The position numbers and the translations under genes are program-made. Positions 35,018 through 52,017 of a stretch of 54,687 nucleotides of DNA are shown here, in pieces. Source of the stretch: Atractiella rhizophila (lineage: Eukaryota). The notes below the pieces were generated by a model, which saw only the letters and a list, made by a program, of their open reading frames with translations, ran no database searches and was not told the DNA's origin. The DNA is taken from assembly GCA_021432655.1 (NCBI GenBank), contig MU271345.1, positions 17,828 through 72,514 on the forward strand, in the 5' to 3' direction. Each line of letters opens with the position of its first letter. The stretch's first letter is position 1.

Positions 35018-38000
35018 ATGGACTTCCGCAGTGGATCAGCGATGGGTCGACGGACACCTCTCATGGGCGGAGGAGCAGAGTTGGACGATGACCCGCATGT
35101 ACGATTTGCAGGCGAGCTAGGTGGAGGACAGGAAGGATTTGATGACGAATATGACCGATTGGGTGGAGCGCACGGTGGATTGGGAGGGCTCGATCAAGGA
35201 GGGTTGGGAGGAGGATACGGCCCACTTGAGCACAATGGATTGGGAGGATACGACTATGGCGACGATCTTCATGGCCATGGACTTGGAAGGGACGGCCTAG
35301 GCGGCGATCATTTGGGTGGCGGTCTGGACGACTACGATCGTCTTGGAGGGTACGAGCATGACAGGATGGGGCTAGATGGGGATGGATTGCGTGGTTTGGA
35401 GCCTGATGGGAGATTAGGAGGAGAAGCACACGATTTGTTCGGACTGAGGAGACACGAGCATTACGCTGATGGTCTAGGTGGACTCGATGGTGATGGTCTT
35501 GGTTATGAAGGGGACCATTTTCGAGGAGCAGGGTTGGAGAATGATTTGCTCCGAGACCGCCTGGGAGAGGAAGCACTGGAGAACGATCTTTACGGAGATT
35601 ACGATCGTCTAGATCCCTTACATCGCCCCGGAAGCGGCTTAGGTGGATTACACGGTGGTCTTGATCCTCTCGATCCCTTACACCGATCAGGAAGCGCTAT
35701 GGGCAGCCTTGATGGCCATCTCCTCTCTGAAGAAGAGCGGCTGCGCGACATTGACCTCCATGGTGGGGGTATCATAGACCCTATCGGATCCACAGCGGGT
35801 TCTACGCTTGGTCTGGAGAGAGAATTCGACCGAATGTCAGTTGGAGGGAGATCGGGGCTGGTCGACGATGATATGATGTCTCACGTTGGGAGCTTGGCAG
35901 GAGATGAATTGTTGGAGGAGCGATATGAGTGGGGGGACGACGCGTTTTTGGACTACGACGATCGCTTCCACGCTCTCCAGGTCTGTTGTCCTTTTTCCAC
36001 CACAGATAGTGGCTGATGAGGTAATTATGCAGCACTCTTTTGAGATTGATGAAGGTCGCTTGGATAGGAGGCTGGAGTCGGATGCTTGGGAGATGATGAG
36101 CGATATAGGGTCACACCGAGGAAGTGAATTGGATGATTGGGAGTTCCGAGTTCGACGAGATCCACTTTCTGCTCTCGAGTTCGTGTCTTTGCCCTCTATC
36201 TCTACCGATCTCCTACTGATTTGGAGCTCAGTGGCTTCGATTATGCCGGTTTGGGCTGGGCTTCAGCGCCAGTCGGAGGGAGAGGTCTTGGTGGAGTCGA
36301 CGTTTTCGAGCACGACCCAGCTTATTATGTGGGTGGTGGTTTGAATAGACGCCATGGAACGGACTTTGCCACCACCTTTGGCAACCTGAATGGCTACGGT
36401 CAACTTGGAAATTTCTCCGTTCACCGTTTAGGACTGCAACGGGATCATGTCGACGAAATGCTTGCTTTGCGAGATCTTCGCCAGGTTTGATTCTCTATGA
36501 TCTGAGTTATGTGTCGCTGAGGCTCGTTACAGTACGAGGATGCATTGAGACTGGATACTATGTTGGACGAGCAAGAACGAAGGAGACGGTCTGCCCATCC
36601 TCCACTGTGATACACCGATCTAACTTTACGAATAGCTGGAGGGAACGGCTTGCATGGGAAGAACTCAGCACTGAGGAACGACGCTTACGGTGGCAAGCCA
36701 TGAATGAGGAAGACAGGTGGCGTCTAGGGCTAGGACAGACTGGTGTGTTCTTTGCAATCCCATCCCTACTTTGTCTCATCGATAGCGAAGGATTTTGGGG
36801 TATGCGCTTCTCTGGCGTCCCTGCCACTGGAATGGCTGGCAGAAGAGGCGCTGGCCCTCTTCCACCTGCAGCAGCGGCAATGGCATCAATTCCTCGAGCT
36901 GCAGGAGGCTACGGTGGATACCGTTCTATGCACGGCGGTGTGCCGTATTACGGTCCCAGCCGCGATCAACTCGCTACGCTCTATGAAGGTGGAAGGTACA
37001 GAGGTCACCACTATCCCCTTTCTTCGAACGTATCGCGACGATTTGCTCCGATTTTCACTTCTCTAGTCCAACGAAGAGCTCCACCGAGACTCATCCCCTC
37101 TATCGCCAGTCGTAATCGTGTTCAAAGGCGAGCAAGAAGGGAACTAGAGGAGACTAGCAGGCTGACCAATTCAGTGAAGATGCTAGAATTGAGGACGCGG
37201 CTTGAGTAAGCATTTATGGAAAATTTGTGCAAGTTACTGATGACTGCTTAGTCTCGCCCAACTTCGCGCGACTTTGGCTGGCTCTACCCCCGCTGATCGA
37301 GCTAAAGCAGAAGCAGACATTCGAGAGATCCGTCGAGAGATGGCAGATGAACAACGAGCCGTGATGCGAGAGAAGGACATTAACGATCAGGAGGATGCAG
37401 CAGAAGAGTTTCGAGAACGAGAAGAGGAGCGAATGCGCTTACAGCGCGAGCATGCGCACGAGCAGGAGATAATGCGAATGCGAGAAGACCAGCATCAGAG
37501 AGAACAAATGGCACGGAATCGGATGAGACAGCAAGAGGTGTTGGAAGCGAGGGCAAGGGAACAACGTCGAAAGGCCGCTCAACTTGAATTCACCGATGCG
37601 GCGAGGAGACAAGAAAGGTCGCTGGAGCTGGCAGCAATTCACAATGAGGAGATGCGGGTATTAAGACAGTTGGAGCAAGAGAGAGCGTTGAAAGAAGAAG
37701 AACGAGCGAGAATGAATGAGCTTCAGGTCGTCGCAGCCGCCGAGAGGAGAAGGGGAACCGAAATTGCTGCTCGAAATTCGGCCGTTCATGCACAGAGGCT
37801 GGAGCGAGAACGTCTCGCTGAAAGGCAGGCTGAGAGGCAGCACGCTTTTCATGCTGAAAGAGCTGCTAAAGAACGGGTTGCTTTGGAAGCGGAGAGGATG
37901 AGAAGGAATAGAGCGGCTGCTTGGGAAGCGGAGCAGGCTGCCAAAGTTCATCATGCCAGATTGATGGCTGCGAACACTCCTCCAACCGTCGTGAGGGCGA

Positions 38001-38260
38001 CAATTCCGGTTTCCGTTCGTATTTCTCTTTCATACAATGTCAAGGCTCATGAGCTTCTTTGTCAGGTGCCCATTGCCACCCTACCACCTGTAGTTCCTAG
38101 GACAACTCCGTTTGGCGTACCTCTTCAACATGGAATTCCTGTTACTCCTCCACACGCTGTTCCTCTTGCGAGACTCCCTCCTCCAGGTGTTCCACTTGCA
38201 AGAGGGATACCACCTCCTGGAGTTCATCTCGCACGCGGTGGAATTCGACGCTTCCCTTAA
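35018..38260 (+). CDS. Large low-complexity protein (Gly/Asp/Leu repeats, E/R/A/Q coiled coil, Pro-rich tail)
   Basis: Long open exons with strongly biased composition, separated by plausible GT-AG introns. No catalytic motif recognised; start codon tentative. Confidence 0.75.
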
Positions 38261-38408
38261 AGGCGGTTTCAGCTTGGCTCATTTTGCTTCAGTTAGATTT
38301 CAGACTTTTCTTTAGAGTTCATCTCGCACGCGGTGGAATTCGACGCTTCCCTTAAAGGCGGTTTCAGCTTGGCTCATTTTGCTTCAGTTAGATTTCAGAC
38401 TTTTCTTT
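38220..38408 (+). repeat. Exact 94-bp tandem duplication separated by one A
   Basis: 38220-38313 = 38315-38408; covers the stop codon and start of the 3' UTR. Confidence 0.95.
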
Positions 38409-39264
38409 TTATTTGTGTGGGCTTCATAAGGTGCTTGGAAGTGTTCAATGATTGATTGTTATGGGAAAGGAATTGTTGACTAGCTGTTGACCTGTTGTGA
38501 TAAATGTTCAGTGTTGGCAGCAAAGTATCAAATGGCACATAAAGTGTAATATATCAGGCATACACGAAAGCAGATGACACTAGCAGTTCTGTGATACGAG
38601 TTCCTCCAGCAGCCCTCGTCATGACCTCAGACTCGAAACCTAATATTCCGGACTGAAAGTCACGTGATTTTATTGAGCAAACAACATCCAACCCCTCTTC
38701 CAGCTTCAAAGGCTGTAGCACACATCTCTCCTTTGAAGGACCGCGCACTACTACGCGAACTGCCAATACTTATCCACTCATACCACCCTAAACGCGTTGG
38801 CATCGTAGCGAGCTAGCAAATCGCGAGAGGGGATAGATTGTGTGCATATCCTATTGCGAGCGCCACCGGTAGTGAATGTGATCCATCTTGTCTACTAAAT
38901 GTGAGTTATCCTTTTCCCTGAGCGATTATGCGATCACGGATGCCTCGAAGGCTTTTCAATGCAGCCACTTAGAGATATTTAGTGAGCACAACTCATCACG
39001 GTAGTCAAGTGCTCAAGCCATTAAACGCGTTTTCGCGCTTTGAGCAAATTGAACGTTCCCCCTTCTCTCAAAAGGGATGAAACCACGCCCACAATGCGCT
39101 TTCGTACGCGTCCATCGTACCGCGGCATACATATGACTAAATTGCTGAGCAATTACATAACGGTGGCCTTGCCTTGAGTGATTGCTCAATACGTCAACTG
39201 TCAATCCAAGTTGGTTTAACTGCAGCTAAATAACGTTAATCGCTCCACTGGTAACAGTTCAGTA

Positions 39265-40802
39265 ATGGACACCGACTTAGCCCTCGCCGTCCTTTCCTCC
39301 TTATACCCTTCCCTGTCCTTAGAAGCTGCGCTGGATGTACTTGTCAAGAACGACGGGAACTTGGAGAAGGCGAAGTCAGAACTTGATGCCCATACCAAAA
39401 AGCGCCGTCATGACCTGCTTCAAGTTGATACCACTCCACCTGCAAAGCGTAGTCGAACGAACGGGCTGCAGTCGTGGCTAGGGCTTTCTCCTTCTAAGGA
39501 ACCTCCTCCGCCTGTACCCCCATCGCCACCAAAATCATTGCCACCTCTGAACTTGCCAGCAGACCCAGAACAAATTTCGAAACACCTGCCTTGCCTCACG
39601 CTAATACCTTCCGCCCTTCCGAAGGAACTAGCTTCGAATTTGTTTCTGGATATGCTGGCGCAGCAACAGGGCGGCGGTGTGAACGGGGAACCGTGGAAGA
39701 AGAATAGGTGGTGGCTCTTTGGTAGGAGTGTGGAAAGCCCGCATACAACCAGTTTTTACGTCCGGAAGGATAGGGCGGACGGATACGACTGGGATGAGGT
39801 AGGGTTCTTCTTGTGCGTCGACAATGAATCCTAAGGCATTGTCTGATTCAAAGGCGGCTCAATATTGGTATAACGGTCGAAAAGTGCCATCCTCGCCGGA
39901 GTTCACAAAGTTCATGGAAGAGGCTGCCAAGATTGTTGAGGTGGAAGTGAATAAAGTTCTGAAAACTCGCGAGGTAACTATTCACTTATCACCTGATTTA
40001 CGCTCAAATTCGCATAGAAGAATGAACTGGAATGGCGGGGTATCTGGCGACCCAATGTAGCGGCCGCCAATTGCTATAAAGGCAGTAAAGAGGTGGATTC
40101 CTGACCTGGTTTTTTTTATCAACCTGACCTCTTAATTGCTCTCAAAGAGCGTAGGTCCCCATTCCGATCAACTCACTTACCTTGGACCGTATCCCACAAT
40201 CGCCTCTCTTACTCTCGGAGTCGAGCGAAATTTTCGGCTGCGTTCTCAGGTTCCCACTTCCGACTCTTCCTTTGTTTCCGCCACTGCAAGGACGTACAAT
40301 CTTCCACTACCTCATAATTCGCTTCTCATCATGCATGCTGGCTGTCAAGAAAATTTCAAACATTCCGTGCCGGAGATGAGGGTAGTAGACACTTTCAAGT
40401 TGGGAGACAAGACTTATACCGAGCGGATCAATGCATGCACTGTTCCTCCTCTTCACATGATACGTGCTGATGGTTGCTATCCGTGTACAGATTACCTTCC
40501 GATTTTATCGTCCAGACTTTGCACCATCTCCATCGCCGTCGACTCCTTCCACCAAAATATTTAATGGCACGCCGAAATGCAAATGTGATGTACCTTGCAT
40601 TCTCCGCCCCGACGCACGGTATAAAGCTCAACGCAACATGAAAGTGAATGGAGATGAAACGGACTGTCAAGGAGCAGAAAAAATGCTCTTCTTCTGGCAA
40701 TGCTATGGCGGAGCCGCGAAGAATCAAGATGACGGTTGTGGATTTTTCAAAATCTTGGACATGAAGGGGGAAGGAAGAGGGCGTTGGTTTGATGGAGCTT
40801 AG
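39265..40802 (+). CDS. AlkB-family 2OG-Fe(II) dioxygenase with N-terminal CUE-like and C-terminal GRF zinc-finger domains
   Basis: LAVLSSLYP...LDVLVKNDGNLEKA (CUE-like); VGPHSDQLTYLGPYPTIASLTLG; LLIMHAGCQENFKHSVP; RIN|ITFR; PKCKCDVPCILR...FFWQC...CGFF. Confidence 0.88.
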
Positions 40803-40947
40803 AGCCGGCAGTCTCATTTTATTTTCTTTGTAACTCACCTGTAGCAGTATTCAATATTCACAGTTCAAAGTGCGTAGCAAGCACGAATCTTATATCTCAT
40901 TATACAATGACAGCCAAATCACTAAAATAAAACATTGCGATCAAGCA

Positions 40948-43413
40948 TCAAGCACTTTGGGTAATTCTCCTCCTGATTTTAACCTTCAACCCATCTTTCG
41001 GTCCAGGAACCAGAGTATCCAAATACAACCTATCTGCGAGTCAGGTATGCTAGCCCCATGGAAGAAAACAACTAACGGGCAGTTATCCTGGATGCCCTCG
41101 ACACCATTGGTCTTGCGGCAGTTTTCCCACCATCCATCAGCAAAAGAGAAATCATATCTATTGATCAGGGTAACAATGACATATACTGCCTCGAAAGTAG
41201 CCAAATTCTGGCCAACGCATAGACGGGGACCAGCATTGAAGGCATGGAACTACAGCGGCGTGAGCGATGGAAAGATCGAACGTGATCATGGTATCATACC
41301 TTGTACGGGGAGACCTGCTTGAAGTGCCCTTTCTCGTCAATCCACCTTTCAGGGGTGAACTCGCAGGCATTGGGCCAGATATTCTCATCTCTTCCCATTT
41401 GCCTATTTGACATGAGTTCTGAGAATGTCCTGCAAAAAATCTCTTACCAATCGTCCCACCTAGCGATCACGTCAGCACTGACGCCTGAAAACAACTCGAC
41501 GACAGACACACCTGACTAAATCTCCAGCTTCCAGTCTAGGTCCATTTGGCAATTGATCATCCTTGAGGACAACTCTATCGTGACCATTATTCGACCGTCT
41601 AAACTTTCAGAGCTGGAAGATCAACGCACTTGACGTTCTATACCAATTTGATGAGTTAAAGACAATCAATAACAAATGGGATACTTACCCCAGGAACGCT
41701 TGGATGTAAACGGAGCGTTTCGTGAAAAAAAGCAACTGCCCTCACAAATGTCTACACGAGATCTCAACAAATATCCCAGAACTCTAACCGGACCTCATAC
41801 CTTGTAGTTGTCGTACGCAATGAAATCGTCGTCTGTGGTGCCATCCGTTGCCTTTCTCTCTTCAATTTCTTCTCGCAACCAGTTGATGTATTTGGGATGC
41901 ATGATCAGTCGGAAGAAAGAATAAGACCTGTCCCACATTGAGCCAGATTCGTAACTTCATGATTGAAGCGTGCGCACAAAGCTGCCGCTGTCGTGTCTCT
42001 CCTGCAAGTTACATTGGCTTAGCTGGAATCACTATTTGGCAGAAAACCAACCCTGCAATGATTAGATTGAGGACCATGTCCCTCACCTCTTTTTCAGACA
42101 ATCGGCTTCCATCTTCGTGCGTCATCTCAAGGAACAAATCCAAGAGGTCCTTTTGTGCTGATTCTTTCCCCTCGCTCTCCTTGCGTGCCGCCTTTCTCGA
42201 CCTGATGATCGAATAAGCATATTCGTCGACGAGGCGGATATTCTCCTTCATCTTTCGACCAGAGGAAGTCAACATTTCTGTGAGTTTCCAGAAAGTTGGA
42301 TCCATGAATCGTTTGTTCAGTTGAATGTGTGCCTACACGAGCCATCTCAGACAAAAAAGAGGGTATGGTTCGGACATACATCGTCGAAAGCTTTGGCAAA
42401 AGGGACAACTTTGTGAATATTCCCTCGTTCCAGCAAACCTAAATCTTCGCCAAAGCTATATAGAGTATGAGGTAAGCGAAGGAGGGACAACCAAAGGAAA
42501 GACAGACGCCATCCTGTTGAAACTCTCCATCGTAAAGCGATAGAAGCCGTCGCTGAGCAGGTATTCAGCTTTGTTCGAAGCCAAGTCATCGAGAAACGCC
42601 ACGAAATCTTTCGCAGACTGATTGATGGATGAAGAAATGACAGATTTAAACCGGGACACTGAGAAGATGTGGCTATTCATTTTCAGTAAGGGATAAGTCT
42701 TGAGCTTGAAAGGCAAAACCTGCCTGATAATCTTTCGTTGATAATACCTGTAAAGTCTGTAAACAAGGGCCCTGACGAGGTCATTCAAACACAGACCAAG
42801 GACTTCCATCGCTGTGCGACCCATCGGTGGAGGTAAGCCATAATATTTCTGTGAAATTTAAACTCACGCATTAAATATGCCACTAAAGGGGAAACATTTA
42901 GTCATAAGATTTTGAGAGTGGAGAAGTACTCACATGCCCCAGAAATCGCTGGTCACAGACATGAATAACCATCCTTTAGGATAGTTATCGAAGTTGGCTA
43001 GGCACAGTCCTCATGAGCTGCCCAACAACAAGAGTCAAATAACTCACTCTTCTGCACGTATTCGATCCATTCAGGCTTCGAAATATCGATCATACGCGTG
43101 AAAGGCATCGTAGTCGCGGTGCCGTAGCCCCGCTCTCTGAAGTTCGCCAGCGAATATTCATGGTTACGCTTTCGGTACTTCATGATTGTTAAAAAGTTTC
43201 CGAGGATAGGCAGTCCAGGTTGGTGGACGAGGTCCGGCCGATCCTTCGTGAAAATCGCCCTGTTACGACTGATGAAATCGGGATAAGCTTCTCGCGACTG
43301 ACCTGGATGATAAATAGAAAAGCGTACTATTTCACCAAGAGGAAGAGGAAGAATACGACGGTGGAGAGCAACACAAATTCTGTGTTGCTCAGATTCGACA
43401 GTGAATGAGCCAT
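40948..43413 (-). CDS. Cytochrome P450, fatty-acid hydroxylase-like (resembles CYP86/94/704 and related fungal clans)
   Basis: N-terminal TM anchor; PGLPILGN; LNLIIAGRDTTA I-helix; FFHETLRLHPSVP; FTPERW; haem motif FNAGPRLCVGQNLA. Confidence 0.92.
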
Positions 43414-43761
43414 GATGATTTCCAGCCAATTCTTTAGATGTGATGATAATGTGGATGAGTTCAGTGGCTCGTTTTTGAGGGGATGGTGATGAGGACGTTC
43501 GCACATCTGCTCGCTCGCCGACGGGTAATGAGGTCACCGGAATGCGGGCCCCTTCGGGCTCGCTGGAGTTGGAATCGTTTCGTTATTCAACATGGCATGC
43601 CAACGATCTCATCCTCATTGGCGCTGTTGTTGGAAGAGACAAAGTGTGCGAACGCGCGGTGTAGGCAAGCGTGACACACAACAACAACAATGAGATATTA
43701 ATTCAGGACAGGCAAGGCGACGTCGAAAAGCCGTTCTGATACTCAAGGGGTAATTGGCGGC

Positions 43762-45569
43762 TATACAGCGCGCCAACTTAGGAAGCCGATGAGAAACGAG
43801 GTCGGTGATGGCGGCTGCGGTGACTCCTCCCAGGACTCCACCAATTATGGCCCGTCAATGAACATTTTCCAGGGTTGCTTGGTGGTGCCCAGAGGCAGAA
43901 ACAGAAACCTGACGAAAAGGCAGCAGGTCAACTTTTCCCTGCTCTACTATTCCGAAGAAAACAGACATGTTATTCAACCCCTTTCTCCTCTGAAGGTTTG
44001 CTCGCGGTAAACGTCAAGCACAAATGCTGACGATGTCGCTCAACCAAGACACAGCGTAGTAGTAATGCTATGACCTTCCTAAAAGCTTAAGGAAGCTTGC
44101 GCTGATAAATCTTCGAGCAATGCACGAAGGGATGCCATCTCATCTTTCATTGTGTAGACCGCACGAGGTTTCAGAAGAGTAATCATTTGTGTTTGGCATT
44201 CAAGGGTCATTGCATCATGTATCAGGAACGTTTGTTGGAAGGGAAACACCAGCGCCATCCCTTCATGAACAACATAACAAATCGGGAACTCACATCTATC
44301 CTCATCACGCTGCATCTCTAGCTCAGTTTTCTCTCTTGTTAACATATACTACAGTGCCACTTGAGGAAACAATGCAACATCCTGAGGCAGACGAAGCAGG
44401 CTGAAGAGCCTGAGAAGAGCGGCTTCGCGGTTGGGTCGCGATCGTTGGGGATATGTCACATGATCATGGATCGGGAACCGGGTATTATAATTGGCAACGT
44501 CACTCCCCTAGATTGCATTCACAGCATCAGTTCAGTCTGTATATTGCGCTTGTGTTACGCCCAAGATTCTACGACATTATATTGACACCTCAACGTTTTA
44601 ACGACACTTGGATATGTTGAAACTGAGGTTCATCAGAGTGACAGGACGAAGAAAAGATCAGCATTGCATGAACGTTGGTGAGGAGTCACCTACCTGAGGT
44701 TCATCAGAGTGACAGGAAAAAAAAAAAAAATATACAGCGCGCCAACTTAGGAAGCCGATGAGAAACGACGTCGGTGATGGCGGCTGCGGTGACTCCTCCC
44801 AGGACTCCACCATTTATGGCCCGTCAAATGAACATTTTCCAGGGTTGCTTGGTGGTGCCCAGAGGCAGAAACAGAAACCTGACGAAAAGGCAGCAGGTCA
44901 ACGTTTCCCTGCTCACTATTCCGAAGAAAACAGACATGTTATTCAACCCCTTTCTCCTCTGAAGGTTTGCTCGCGGCAAATGTCAAGCACAAATGCTGAC
45001 GATGTCGCTCAACTAAGACACAGCGTAGTAGTAATGCTATGACCTTCCTAAAAGCTTAAACAAGCTTGCGCTGATGCGCTGATAAATCTTCGAGCAATGC
45101 ACGAAGGGATGCCATCTCATCTTTCATTGTGGAGACCGCACGAGGTTTCAGAAGAGTAATCATTTGTGTTTAGCATTCAGGGTCATTCCATCATGTATCA
45201 GGAACGTTGTTGGAAGGGAAACACCAGCGCCATCCCTTCACGAACAACATAACAAATCGGGAACTCACATCTATCCTCATCACGCTACATCTCTGGCTCA
45301 GTTTTCTCTCTTGCTTAACATATACTACAGTGCCACTTGAGGAAACAATGCAACACCCTGTGGCAGACCGAAGCTGGCTCAAGAGCTTGAGAAGAGCAGG
45401 TTCGGTTGGGTCGCGATCGTTGGGGATATGTCACATGATCATATGGAACGGGAACTGGGTATTATAATTGGCAACGTCACTCCCCTAGATTCTGTATATT
45501 GCGCTTGTGTTACGCCCAAGATTCTACGACATTATATTGACACCTCAACGTTTTAACGACACTTGGATA
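43762..45569 (+). repeat. ~0.85-kb imperfect tandem duplication (43762-44614 / 44731-45569) with a 102-bp insert and 14-A run between copies
   Basis: Copies differ by substitutions and small indels; A-run at 44717-44730. Confidence 0.95.
44615..44716 (+). mobile_element. Putative LTR retrotransposon terminus (fragment)
   Basis: Begins TGTTG exactly where copy 1 departs from copy 2; contains a 24-bp direct repeat (44623-44646, 44694-44717). Confidence 0.4.
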
Positions 45570-45589
45570 CCCAGGACAAGGGTTACGAC

Positions 45590-46987
45590 ATGCCGCTCCC
45601 AGTGTACTGGCCACTCGTCTTCTTGCCGTACCTCGTCCAGACGCACCTATTACATCCTTACTATCGCACCCACCATGACCTCCAGTCACGCTTCATCCGC
45701 CTCGCCCTCCTGCCCATATCCCTCTATCTCGCTTTCACTATACCCTTCCTCCCGTCCTCACACTTTCCAGGACACTTGCTCCTGCTCAATTTCCCAGAGT
45801 ACATGCTCCTGTCATTCCTCATACTCAAGACCGTTGAAGTAGCGTTGACGCGAGGAGAAGACTTTTACAGGATCGAAGGGAGGACGGAGGACGAGAAGGA
45901 GGCAGGGAGGGAGAGGCAGCGGAAAGAGCATAGCTTTGTTGAGAGGTGGAAGTGGACATGGTGTTGTGTGATCAGGCAAGTCCTTAAATTTGCTCCACGA
46001 TTCAATATTGAATGCTAACCCAATCGCCGGAGCAGCCCTCGAGGTGTTGGCTTTGGTTGGAACCCTGACCTTCGGAGACAGACTCCAGAGCCGTCGACCA
46101 CATTCCTTCGAACGCTACTGATGAGCCAAGTTCTGCTCCTCTCGATCGGCATGCTCCTTCTCGCCATGTTCTCAATCTCTGTACATACCCAAGACCTACC
46201 TCCATCTGCCTCCCATACCAATCCTCTCTTGAACTTCCTAATATCGAACCCCAGCCTACTATCGCTGATCCACTCCAAATTCTTTCTCTCACCAATGATC
46301 GGAATCGTCGTCTACGTCGGGCTCGCATTCAACTACAACGGATGTGCACTCCTCCACTACCTCCTACAAACCCACCTCCCCTTCCTCCCACCGTTCGACC
46401 CTTCACTCTGGCCGCCGTTATTCAACTTCTTCACCCTCTCTGGAAAACTTCACAACATAGACTCGCTCCGAAACTTCTGGTCGGTGGGCTGGCACTCCAT
46501 GTTCAAACGCACATTCTTTTTCTTCGGCGTAAAACCCTACCTCGTCCTCCCACTCCCTAGGGTAATGAAGAAGATATTGAGCGTTCTCACAGTCTTCGCT
46601 ATCAGCGGACTCATCCATGAACTCGGATTACGCATGGCTCTCTCCCTCGACCACCCTGAGGAACTCAAACTCGGAAGAAATCTCCTAGGTTGGCTCAGGA
46701 CGAAAACCTTCTGGTTCTTCGAGTTGCAGGGTGTTGGCATCATCGTTGAGAGTGCTCTGCGGCTTAGAGGAACGCTCGGAATGTTGTTCACCATCTTTTG
46801 GCTTACAGCTACAGCTACCTTGGTCGTAGATGACTGGTATGTCTTTCACACATACTATAACCGTTATTCGTCGATTAATGAGGTGAATTGAAACAGGCTC
46901 GGACGTTTACACTACAAAGAAATCATGCCGCCAGCTTGGGAATGGAAAGACTTTGTGTTAGACTACCTGCACGCTTTTTCGACATGA
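45590..46987 (+). CDS. Membrane-bound O-acyltransferase, wax-synthase (MBOAT_2) family
   Basis: Multiple TM segments; SPRGVGFGW; WPPLF; SLRNFWSVGWHSMFKRTF; VFAISGLIHE (catalytic His); FFELQGVGIIVE. Confidence 0.9.
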
Positions 46988-47116
46988 AGCATTGCGACGA
47001 TTCGCAGCATCAGTACGATAATGATCTGTACAATAACTATACGTCTCACATTCTAGCAGCTGCAAACATATGTGTGCAACAAGCTTTTTCATTGCAATAT
47101 AGCAAGAATAGTTTTC

Positions 47117-50996
<3,880 letters not shown>

Positions 50997-51188
50997 GTTC
51001 CTAAAACCAACTCAGTACACTCATATACGGTGGCTATGGACGAACTCTTCTTTTTACCCTGTTGCCAGCTCTTGCTTTACTTTGGCAGTTCGGCTTTGAA
51101 CAGTAACCGACACGACTGTCGCAGAATTCAGCGTAGAACGTCATAAAAACTTAATAAGATGGTAGTTGAGGATCTCGACAACAAGCTG

Positions 51189-51270
51189 GCCCCTTTAGCT
51201 CAGTGGTAGAGCATCGGATTGCAGTTTGCTGATTATCCGCGTGTCACTAGTTCGATCCTGGTAGGGGGCT
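51189..51270 (+). tRNA. tRNA-Cys(GCA) with a 10-nt intron (51225-51234)
   Basis: Acceptor GCCCCTT/AGGGGGC, D-arm GCTC-AGTGGTA-GAGC, anticodon GCA at 51221-51223, T-arm ACTAG-TTCGATC-CTGGT, U discriminator, TTTTT Pol III terminator at 51274-51278. Confidence 0.92.
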
Positions 51271-51666
51271 GACTTTTTGCCACTTCCCTTCCTAAACAGG
51301 AAAAGTGACAACTTTGCTTTGGCTTTGGACTCAAACTCTTTCATGACAGTAGTCAAGAGTCGAGAACTTATCTATGTAAGATTAAAGTAATTCAACTTTT
51401 ATCCATCTCTCTTTCCTCGCTTGGTGGGCCTAATTCTTTTCTATTCAACAACAACGACTCAGAGCTTTTCATAGCATTCGAAATCACATAGGTAGTCAAG
51501 GAATACTATTACGGACAATGGATCTCCAGCTTCAATGTTGGGTTTCCGCCTAAGGCCCCTCTGGCACCACCATTTCAAAAAAGGAACGACATAAAAGGCC
51601 TATCCAGGGCTGGAAGCCACAGACTTTCCGCAATGTTGAAGCTGGAAGGAATGTTGGATCTCTACA

Positions 51667-51826
51667 AATGAGATTTTGGCTTGGGCTAAAATGTCCCCAA
51701 TCACACAAACGTGAGCACGATGAAATAGATGATAAAGTGATTCATTGCAATGCATACAAACATACCTAAAATGTCCCCAATCACACAAACGTGAGCACGA
51801 TGAAATAGATGATAAAGTGATTGGGG
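51667..51826 (-). repeat. Dispersed ~155-bp element (copy B), inverted relative to 412-563
   Basis: Two exact units starting at 51686 and 51766 (period 80); the linker also matches the 465-492 linker. Confidence 0.9.
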
Positions 51827-52017
51827 AAAAACGGAAGAGACTTTGCAGGTGTTCCTTTATAGTACTGGTCTTGCGGTGAAGTGCCACATGTTTGCCTCTG
51901 CTTCGGAACGCGCGGCAAACACGGCAAACACCGATCACGTCCCGTTGTTTTCATAACCCATTTCCAACACTACAGAATTCCTTTCTCTGACAAGGGGAGG
52001 AGCTCGGTGAATCAGTT

